NCBI RefSeq assembly: GCF_900110585.1
Contig: NZ_FOEG01000001.1
Coordinates: 219,338-251,337 of the forward strand
Direction of reading: 5' to 3'
DNA length: 32,000 nucleotides
From: Aquisalimonas asiatica
GTDB lineage: Bacteria > Pseudomonadota > Gammaproteobacteria > Nitrococcales > Aquisalimonadaceae
The notes under the pieces were generated by a model. That model had not been told where the DNA came from and did no database searches. It was given only the letters and a program-made list of their open reading frames with translations. The translations under genes and the position numbers were made by a program. Positions 18,087 through 24,607 of the stretch are shown piece after piece (position 1 is the first letter of the stretch; each line of letters opens with the position of its first letter).

Positions 18087-18827
18087 ATGGAAGAGATGTT
18101 GAGGACGATTGATAAAAGGCGGGCCCTAGAACTTGAGTTGATACCGGCGCGGCTCGCAAACGTAGTTCGTGTTAAACACGGGTTGCTCGATGGAAACACT
18201 CGTTCAGACTTGGAGGCCGCACAGCACTTGGGGTTAAGCGAGGCCAGCTTTAAGGGGCTCCTGTACGAGGCTTACTCCCAGATCAGGGCCCTTCAAGGAG
18301 TACTACCAGTCCCAGAACTTGAGCGCCGACCTCCTACGAAGGTGTTTGTTTCGTACTCGTGGGACTCCGAAGAACACAAAGCCTGGGTCAGATGGGTTTC
18401 TGAGCGGCTTGTATTTAATGGTCTGCAGGTTCTGCTAGACCAATGGGATATGCACCCTGGCGTAAGTTTCACACAGTTTATGGAGCAGAGTATTGCGAAC
18501 GCGGACTTTGTCTTATGCGTTTTTACGCCCTCTTATGCGGAAAAGGCGAACAATAGGCAGAGTATTTCCGGTACGGGCTACGAGCAGCAAATCGTTTCAG
18601 GGCAGATAATGTCCGGAGCACCTAGGTCCAAGTTTGTTCCGATACTTAGAGCGGGAACCTATCAAGCGGGTAGGGAGTGCGCTATACCAACCCATTTTAT
18701 GGGGGTTGTGTGTGAAGATTTTAGAAGTGACGAGGATTTTGAGGTTTCTTTAGAATCCTTGCTCAGGATGCTTTATGGCAAGCCGAAATACATGCCTCCC
18801 CAGATAGGTGTCGAGCCAACACTTTAG
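18087..18827 (+). CDS. Sigma-70 region-4-like HTH fused to a TIR/SEFIR-superfamily domain, 246 aa
   Basis: The N-terminal segment LIPARLANVVRVKHGLLDGNTRSDLEAAQHLGLSEASFKGLLYEAYSQIRAL aligns with the sigma70 r4 pattern. The C-terminal segment KVFVSYSWDSEEHKAWVRWVSERLVFNGLQVLLDQWDMHPG...ADFVLCVFTPSYAEKA...GYEQQ is a typical bacterial TIR/SEFIR core with a candidate catalytic Glu. GGAG lies 8 nt upstream of the ATG. Confidence 0.85.
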   Translation: MEEMLRTIDKRRALELELIPARLANVVRVKHGLLDGNTRSDLEAAQHLGLSEASFKGLLYEAYSQIRALQGVLPVPELERRPPTKVFVSYSWDSEEHKAWVRWVSERLVFNGLQVLLDQWDMHPGVSFTQFMEQSIANADFVLCVFTPSYAEKANNRQSISGTGYEQQIVSGQIMSGAPRSKFVPILRAGTYQAGRECAIPTHFMGVVCEDFRSDEDFEVSLESLLRMLYGKPKYMPPQIGVEPTL

Positions 18828-18907
18828 CATAACAACAACATCGAGTCCGACGGCTCACCCTTACGCTGCGCGCCAGGGCAAGCCGCGGCTCATGTGGAGC
18901 GTTATGG
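18827..18907 (+). repeat. attC site 1 (81 bp)
   Basis: R'' GCATAAC starts on the last base of the TAG stop. L'' 18838-18854 pairs 14/14 with L' 18882-18895, leaving three single-base bulges, all on the L'' side. R' is GTTATGG (18901-18907). R'' is the exact reverse complement of GTTATGC at the cassette start (18048-18054). Confidence 0.75.
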
Positions 18908-18945
18908 CGCTTGGGATAGTCAGCAGATGAGATGAGGAGGCGAAA

Positions 18946-19164
18946 ATGCACAGATTCATTATCAACAAGAATCAGCAGGCCAATGGCGATCACGAGGTTC
19001 ACAATGCGACCACGGATTGTTCATATATGCCGAATCCTGAGAACCGAATAGACATGGGCTATCACGCGTCATGCCATGGGGCGGTTGCTGAGGCTAAACG
19101 CCGCTGGCCAGGGAACAGAATTAACGGCTGCTACTATTGTGCTAATGCATGTCATACAAGCTAG
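18946..19164 (+). CDS. Small Cys/His-rich protein (putative metal-binding), 72 aa, function unknown
   Basis: A strong SD (GAGGAGG) lies 6 nt upstream. The motifs are GDHEVH...C...C-H...GCYYCANACH. I recognise it only as a recurrent small hypothetical family. Confidence 0.75.
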   Translation: MHRFIINKNQQANGDHEVHNATTDCSYMPNPENRIDMGYHASCHGAVAEAKRRWPGNRINGCYYCANACHTS

Positions 19165-19166
19165 CA

Positions 19167-19314
19167 CCATAACAAGGCAATCAAGTTCGCTCCCTGCGGT
19201 CGCCGGATGACCTTGCCCGGCTGCCTTCGGGAAACTGGCCGCATGAACGTGTCCAATTCAGCCGGGCAAGGTCACTGGCGCTCCAATGCCGGCCGGTTAA
19301 GCTGAGCGTTAGAA
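19167..19314 (+). repeat. attC-like site 2 (long; 3' boundary ambiguous)
   Basis: R'' CCATAAC (19167-19173) is the exact reverse complement of GTTATGG at the cassette start. There is a central perfect 16-bp stem (19208-19223 / 19259-19274). R' candidates are GTTAAGC (19296-19302) and GTTAGAA (19308-19314). The L''/L' pairing is weak. Confidence 0.45.
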
Positions 19315-19352
19315 ATATGGACGTGCATCAGTTCTAATTCCTAGAAATATTA

Positions 19353-19382
19353 TTAATTTGTGGTGTGAGGTTGACCTATAAT
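19353..19382 (+). promoter_or_regulatory. Possible cassette-internal promoter
   Basis: A consensus -10 TATAAT lies at 19377-19382, about 50 nt upstream of the 19433 ATG. Only a weak -35 (TTAATT, about 18 nt upstream) is present; the TTGACC at 19371-19376 is too close to serve as -35. Confidence 0.2.
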
Positions 19383-19432
19383 TCTTGCGTCTTAGTGAGT
19401 GATTTGAGAGATAGAATTTTCGATGGTGGCGT

Positions 19433-20377
19433 ATGAATAATATTGATTGGTTGACTGTTGTTCCCTCTGCGATGTCTGCAATAGCCGCAGTTGCTGCCGC
19501 TTATGCTGCATTTGTCGCACTCCGTGTTAGCCGGAAAGCGAACTATTTGTCTGAGAAAAGTATATTAGCAGCTCATCATAGTGATGCCGCATGTGTGCTT
19601 TCAAGTTCAATTGATAGGCTCAAAAAAGAAACAAAAGATTTATCGGAATGTTCATATCGATTATGGGTAGATTGGTCTAGAGAGATTGAATCAAAAGACG
19701 ATCGCCGAAATGGAGGGTCAAATCCTAGACCTTTACGGCATGTTCTGACAAATGGGAGTGAAATGCTAGTGGCGCATGGCACGCTAAATGGAAAACGGTA
19801 TAGGCATGCGCAACGATCAATGTTCTCTATTGTTAGAGATGGCGTAAGCGGGTTAGATGGTAATGAATACAACGGGTTACTCCAAAAGGCGGACGGCACA
19901 TATGGTGATTTTGAAAGCACTTTTGGTTTGCCGCCGATAAATCGAAAAATCGGTGAAGCAAAAGCCTTTAGATGGGTTCTTTATCAGTTAGCAAGGAGGG
20001 TTAATCACAATGATTGGCTTGAAATCTGGAAAAGAGCGTGGCTAGATGATGGCTGGATTGTCAAATACCGACGTGAATTTTCGAAAGTGAAACCAGTTCT
20101 GGAAGAAGTGCATGACTCGCTGAAAGTGGAAAAAAAGAAAGTGACTTACAGCGTGATTCCTCTGGAGTCCAACGCCATGCTGCATAGAAAATATGAAATG
20201 CTATTATCAGAAGTGGAGATTCTTCTGGATGATTGCAGTTTGGATTCATTGGAGATATATCGCGATTGGGAATATGCCGAAGATGTTAGTCAATTGGTTC
20301 TCTATTCGATGGGGGTGGCGAATTTGGTGGGGAAGATTTTAGATTCGATCTATTCGGGAAGTGATCTGGATAGGTGA
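19433..20377 (+). CDS. Membrane-anchored protein (one N-terminal TM helix), 314 aa, no recognisable domain
   Basis: It is the only long ORF in an AT-rich stretch, which makes a spurious ORF unlikely. The TM helix is VVPSAMSAIAAVAAAYAAFVAL, and the remainder is hydrophilic and K/E/D/W-rich. Confidence 0.75.
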   Translation: MNNIDWLTVVPSAMSAIAAVAAAYAAFVALRVSRKANYLSEKSILAAHHSDAACVLSSSIDRLKKETKDLSECSYRLWVDWSREIESKDDRRNGGSNPRPLRHVLTNGSEMLVAHGTLNGKRYRHAQRSMFSIVRDGVSGLDGNEYNGLLQKADGTYGDFESTFGLPPINRKIGEAKAFRWVLYQLARRVNHNDWLEIWKRAWLDDGWIVKYRREFSKVKPVLEEVHDSLKVEKKKVTYSVIPLESNAMLHRKYEMLLSEVEILLDDCSLDSLEIYRDWEYAEDVSQLVLYSMGVANLVGKILDSIYSGSDLDR

Positions 20378-20378
20378 T

Positions 20379-20531
20379 TTCTAGTAAGCGCACGTTTTCG
20401 GAATGGTTTTTAGATGTGATATTGCCCAGAGAAATTGGGCACATTCATATGGCCAGGTTCCCAAAGCCGGCCGGCAAAGGCAGGCGAGATCAGGGTGGAG
20501 GCTGAGCAGCAAAAGAAAGCCTTGGTTAGGA
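20379..20531 (+). repeat. Degenerate attC-like site 3
   Basis: TTCTAGT (20379-20385), 1 nt after the stop, matches 5 of 7 positions of TTCTAAC, the complement expected from cassette start GTTAGAA. The right arm shares GCCGGCCGG...GCTGAGC...GTTAG(G/A)A with attC-2. R' is GTTAGGA at 20525-20531. Confidence 0.3.
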
Positions 20532-20965
20532 AAGGTGGCGTGAAGAAGAAGTAAGGGAAAAGATACTGAGTGCGTGGTTCGAGCCGCGCACATATGAGTA
20601 CGTACCTGTCAGCGCATTCGTGGGTTTCGAAAAGCAGGCCCGGCTAAACAGAGAATTGGTTTTTGCACTTGATCGTCGAGGTGACGGGCATCGGGTAGAG
20701 AATTCGGCGTTGGGCGCGCTCCCACAGATTGAGCGATTGTGCCAGAGCCTTTCTGAGATAGGGCGCTTCACGCAAGTAGTCAAACACGGAGGTTGTGATC
20801 GAGGCATCTACATCTAGATGTGGAGTCTTGGTTTCCTTGCCACGGAATCTGTGCACTGGGACGCAATTGCTACCAGTGGCTTCAAGGCGGCGTCATTCCT
20901 GATTTGCCCCAAGGTGGGTCAATTAGGCTTGTCCGTTGATGTTGGTTCTGTTTGGGAGGGATATA

Positions 20966-21274
20966 ATGAAAGCATCGGTTTTTCTCGTTCTGTTGTTGAG
21001 TTTTCTGTTTATTGGTCCAGCCAACGGGGGCGATCTTAAGTCAGTATCTGCAGCTGGAGGACTAGAAGAAGTCGGTTTGCTAGAAATTACGGCCCCGACT
21101 GTCGACAGTCCCTGTGCTGGCGAAGAGATTAGCGATTCCGTCCTGTTTGAAGGCGACCAGTTGTTAGCACAGCGCTGCTGCAGGATATGTAGAAGGGGTA
21201 AGGCTTGCGGGGATACTTGCATCAACCGCAACTACACTTGCACGCGACCGCCCGGTTGTGCGTGTAATGGCTGA
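20966..21274 (+). CDS. Small secreted Cys-rich protein, 102 aa
   Basis: GGGAGGG lies 6 nt upstream of ATG 20966. The signal peptide is MKASVFLVLLLSFLFIGPANG. The C-terminus CCRICRRGKACGDTCINRNYTCTRPPGCAC has 9 Cys in 30 aa. Confidence 0.7.
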   Translation: MKASVFLVLLLSFLFIGPANGGDLKSVSAAGGLEEVGLLEITAPTVDSPCAGEEISDSVLFEGDQLLAQRCCRICRRGKACGDTCINRNYTCTRPPGCACNG

Positions 21275-21393
21275 CTTAGCGCTCGGGTAATGTGGTATCT
21301 ACGGGAGTGAACGGATTCGCTCCTCGTTTAGTAGCCTGCCGATCTACGTTTTTTCCGTGTGTCATCAAGGACTCCTCCACGCAGCCTTCCTGG

Positions 21394-22575
21394 TCAGTTC
21401 TGCCCCAACCCCAACAACTTCGGCCGCTCCCCCTGCGTCTGCCAGCGCCACAGCCACTCCAGCGGGCCCTGCCGGAATACCGCCAGCCACAGGGCGCTGA
21501 ACAGCAGTTGGGCGAGGAAGACGCCGCCGGCGATGGTCACCGCGGTGGTCAGCGAGATTTCGGCGAAGAGGTTCAGGCCGAAGCCGTAGAAGAGCGGCAC
21601 ACAGATCACGGACTGGCCGACGTAGTTGGTCAGCGCCATGCGTCCGGCCGGGGCCATGAACGCACGGGTTGCCCGGGCGAGGATGTTGCCGCTGTAGCCC
21701 CAGAAGAGGAGCAGCAGGCCGGCGTAGCCGATGGCCATCAGCGGCGGCGAGGCGATCTCGGCGGCGATCTGCCCCGGGTGCTCGGGTGCCAGATTGGCGA
21801 TCATGCCGTGCTCCACCAGGGCGAGCGGGAATCCGATGGCAAGGCCGGCCAGGGCGGTTGCGAGCAGCGGCCAGCGGTACGTGCCGATGGACTCCACCAG
21901 CTGCATCCGCGCGGCGGCCGCGCCCAGCAGGAACAGCGCCATCACCTTCACTCCCCGCAGTGACTCCAGCCGCTCCAGCGCCGTGGCGACGCTCAGCTCC
22001 ACGTTGGCCTTGACCACATCGACGAAGCTGCCCCCGGAGAGGTGGTGGATGTTATCCCCCAGCCGGTGGGCGCCCATGGTCTCGTACGGGCCGGGGATGT
22101 CCAGGCCGAGCCAGTACCACCGCGCCGCGATGGTGGCACCAAGCAGTGCGACGCCCCAGAGAATGAGCGTCAGCGGCCGGCAGTTGAGGAATGGGGTGAG
22201 CAGGAACCCGACCAGCGCGTAGAGGGTCAGTATGTCCCAGGGCCAGAAGAGCACGCTGTGGGCGGCGCCGAACGCCAGCAGCCCGATCATGCGGCGGCGG
22301 TGGAACGCCGGGCCGCCAGCGCCCATGCGGCTGGCGAGCATCACGAAGCTGTAGCCGAACAGCAGTGAGAACAGGCCGTAGAACTTGCCCTCGAAGAAGA
22401 GGTGCATGATGGCCTCGGTGAGCGGGTCGTTGCCCGCGCCGGGCAGGGCCTCCCGTTCGCCGGGGCCGAGGTAGCCCCAGCCGGAGAACATCTGGATGTT
22501 CACCACGAGGATGCCCAGCAGGGCGAATCCGCGCAGTGCATCCAGCGAAGCGAGGCGTTCGCTCTGACGGCCCAT
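21394..22575 (-). CDS. DUF418/YeiB-like multi-pass membrane protein
   Basis: The N-terminus RLASLDALRGFALLGILVVN is characteristic of the DUF418/DUF1624 family. The protein has about 10 TM segments. Confidence 0.8.
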   Translation of the reverse strand: MGRQSERLASLDALRGFALLGILVVNIQMFSGWGYLGPGEREALPGAGNDPLTEAIMHLFFEGKFYGLFSLLFGYSFVMLASRMGAGGPAFHRRRMIGLLAFGAAHSVLFWPWDILTLYALVGFLLTPFLNCRPLTLILWGVALLGATIAARWYWLGLDIPGPYETMGAHRLGDNIHHLSGGSFVDVVKANVELSVATALERLESLRGVKVMALFLLGAAAARMQLVESIGTYRWPLLATALAGLAIGFPLALVEHGMIANLAPEHPGQIAAEIASPPLMAIGYAGLLLLFWGYSGNILARATRAFMAPAGRMALTNYVGQSVICVPLFYGFGLNLFAEISLTTAVTIAGGVFLAQLLFSALWLAVFRQGPLEWLWRWQTQGERPKLLGLGQN

Positions 22576-22628
22576 GCATTACACCCTTTGATACTGTATG
22601 CACCCGCTCACACGGAGAAGGCACAACG

Positions 22629-23675
22629 ATGAATGGAAAATGGAGTTGGCTGACAGGCCTGGGCGTGGCGACCGCGATCACGTTGACTGCGACGGCCGTC
22701 ATGCCGGTTCTGGCGGACAGTGGTGACAGCGCAATGCGAGACCAGATTAAAGCCATTGATGAGCGTATGCCAGGCCAGTTCGGTGTTTACATCAAGCGGC
22801 CGGCCACGGGCGAAGCGATCGACTACCAGGCGGACCGCGACTGGTATCTGGCCTCGACCATCAAGATCCCGTTGGCCGTGGCGGTGATGCAGCGCGCCGA
22901 GGAGGGCGAGCTGTCGCTGGATGACGAGCTGGAGCTGGCGGAATCCGACTACGTGGACGGGGCCGGCGAGCTGCTGGCTGCCGAGCCGGGCACGCGCTAC
23001 AGCCTGGAGGAGCTGATCGGCCATTCCATCCGCGACAGCGACAGCTCCTCCACGGACATGCTGATCCGGCTCCTGGGGGAGGAGTCGTTCAACGACCAGG
23101 TCAGCCGGGAGATGCCCGAGGCGCGCATGAACCCCATTACCACCATCGTGCAGGTGCGCTTCGACGCCTACGCCAATGTCCACCCGGATGCGGAGACGCT
23201 GACCAATATGGATTTCATCCGCCTGCGCTCGGCGGCGTCGCTGGATGAGCGCTACCACGCCTTTCTCGACAAGATCGGAGCGGGTGCCTCCGAGGCAAAC
23301 GCCGACAGCCTTGAAGAGGCGTTCGGACGCTACTACGAGACCGGGCTCAACTCCGGCCCCCTGACCGGCTTCGGCGCCATGCTGGAGCGCCTTTGGGAAG
23401 GCGAGCTGCTGAACGAGGACCACACCGGGCGGCTCATGGCACAGATGGAGCAGGTCACCACCGGCGACCGCCGCATCCGCGCCGGGCTCCCGGACGGCAC
23501 TCCGTATGCCCAGAAGACCGGCACCCAGATCAACCGCGCCTGCGACGTGGGTATCATCCACCCCGAGGATCCGGAGCGCACCACCATCGTGGCTGCCTGC
23601 GCCGAAGACTACGGCGATCTGCGTCACGCCGAAGAGGCCTTCCAGGCGCTGGGGCGGTTACTCGCGGAGCAGTGA
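22629..23675 (+). CDS. Class A beta-lactamase-related serine hydrolase (secreted)
   Basis: It has a signal peptide, an SxxK motif (STIK), an SDS/SDN-like motif (RDSDSS) and KTG (QKTGTQ). ATG at 22629 follows GGAGAAGG. Confidence 0.8.
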   Translation: MNGKWSWLTGLGVATAITLTATAVMPVLADSGDSAMRDQIKAIDERMPGQFGVYIKRPATGEAIDYQADRDWYLASTIKIPLAVAVMQRAEEGELSLDDELELAESDYVDGAGELLAAEPGTRYSLEELIGHSIRDSDSSSTDMLIRLLGEESFNDQVSREMPEARMNPITTIVQVRFDAYANVHPDAETLTNMDFIRLRSAASLDERYHAFLDKIGAGASEANADSLEEAFGRYYETGLNSGPLTGFGAMLERLWEGELLNEDHTGRLMAQMEQVTTGDRRIRAGLPDGTPYAQKTGTQINRACDVGIIHPEDPERTTIVAACAEDYGDLRHAEEAFQALGRLLAEQ

Positions 23676-23727
23676 ACGCGGTGCGCGGAGCGCCGCTTGC
23701 GCCACAGGCGGACGTCTCGGCCTGGAT

Positions 23728-23756
23728 GGTGCCCCGGGGTGTGGCCCGGGGGCACC
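23728..23756. terminator. GC-rich hairpin between convergent genes
   Basis: GGTGCCCC (23728-23735) pairs with GGGGCACC (23749-23756), plus 3 further bp after a bulge. There is no U-tract. Confidence 0.25.
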
Positions 23757-23770
23757 GCGGGCAATCGCGC

Positions 23771-24607
23771 TCATGCCGGGCGGCTTGCGCCAGCCTGGTA
23801 GGGCGGGTTGGTGACATGCAGCTCGGCATTGGTTGTGGCGAGGGCGTCGAGAAACGCTTGCTCCACAGGGGCGTCGGTAAAGATGTGGTCGAGGGCGTCC
23901 AGGGGGCTTACCAGTTCAAGTTTCGGGCGGCGGAACTTGTCGTGGTCAACGAGTAGGCTGGTGCGGCGGGCGCGGGTGAACATCACGCGTTTGACGGCCG
24001 CCAGGTCGCTGTTCACTTCAGTGGGGCCCTCGATGGAAAGCGCGCTGCAGCTTGAGAAACAGTGGTCGGCGACGAAGCGGCGCAGGAACTCGGTGGTCTC
24101 GCTGCCGTAATTGGCGCCTTCGCTGCTCTTGTACTGGCCTCCGGCCACGGTTATGTCGAACGTGGGGTTCCTGGTCATGATGTTGGCGATGGGAAAGCTG
24201 TTGGTGATGATCTTCAGGTCCTGGCGCTCGACCACCAGGTGGTGCGCCAGGGGGAAGCAGGTCGCGCAGGAGTCGAACATCAGCACCTGACCATCGCGGA
24301 CGAGGGCGGTCGCGGCCTCGGCGATGCGCTGCCGCGCTTCCGGATGCTGGGTGGCGCGTTGGTTGATGGCGGGCTCGCTGGCCGTGTTGAGTGCCGTCGC
24401 ACCGCCATAGGTGCGCTCCAGGAGCTCAGCTTCCGCCATGGCGTCGATGTCGCGTCGCGCCGTCTCCACCGAGACGTTGAACTGGCTGGCCAGGTCGGAG
24501 ATGAGGACGACGGGCCGGGATTCCAGCATGCTCTGGATGATGGTCCAGCGCTCCTTCTGCGTGAGACGCTTTCTTGTGGATGCGCGGGCGCCGGCGACGT
24601 CGTTCAT
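23771..24607 (-). CDS. DeoR/GlpR-family transcriptional regulator
   Basis: The N-terminal HTH is RWTIIQSMLESRPVVLISDLASQFNVSVETARRDIDAM, followed by a DeoR C-terminal sensor-like domain. The start overlaps the eutC stop by 4 nt. Confidence 0.85.
   Translation of the reverse strand: MNDVAGARASTRKRLTQKERWTIIQSMLESRPVVLISDLASQFNVSVETARRDIDAMAEAELLERTYGGATALNTASEPAINQRATQHPEARQRIAEAATALVRDGQVLMFDSCATCFPLAHHLVVERQDLKIITNSFPIANIMTRNPTFDITVAGGQYKSSEGANYGSETTEFLRRFVADHCFSSCSALSIEGPTEVNSDLAAVKRVMFTRARRTSLLVDHDKFRRPKLELVSPLDALDHIFTDAPVEQAFLDALATTNAELHVTNPPYQAGASRPA

Larger units (their letters stand above)
17567..21393 (+). mobile_element. Low-GC insertion: integrase-less integron-type cassette array (CALIN-like)
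   Basis: Hand counts give G+C of 32% for line 19621-19680 and 50% for 18361-18420, against 78% for 14701-14760. The region lies between the convergent 3' ends of two core genes, all credible ORFs are on the + strand, and attC-like sites follow the ORFs. Confidence 0.65.

Noticed and set aside
20571-20590. A T-loop-like sequence, TGCGTGGTTCGAGCCGCGCA, suggesting a tRNA 3' fragment or island att site.
   Set aside because: It forms a 7-bp stem with a 6-nt loop rather than the 5-bp/7-nt T arm. No acceptor stem, anticodon arm or CCA context is present, and no matching direct repeat occurs at the other island end.
20526-20856. Small overlapping ORFs (+ 65 aa, - 70 aa, - 93 aa) in the island.
   Set aside because: All start at GTG without an SD and are mutually antisense, so I cannot decide strand or frame. 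They are reported as an open question rather than as a feature.
21304-21323. A hairpin, GGAGTGAA-CGGA-TTCGCTCC, after the Cys-rich gene, as a possible last attC or terminator.
   Set aside because: It has only an 8-bp stem with one G-U pair. There is no RYYYAAC/GTTRRRY pair around it, and the T-run is about 25 nt away. It shares only the TTCGCTCC octamer with attC-2.
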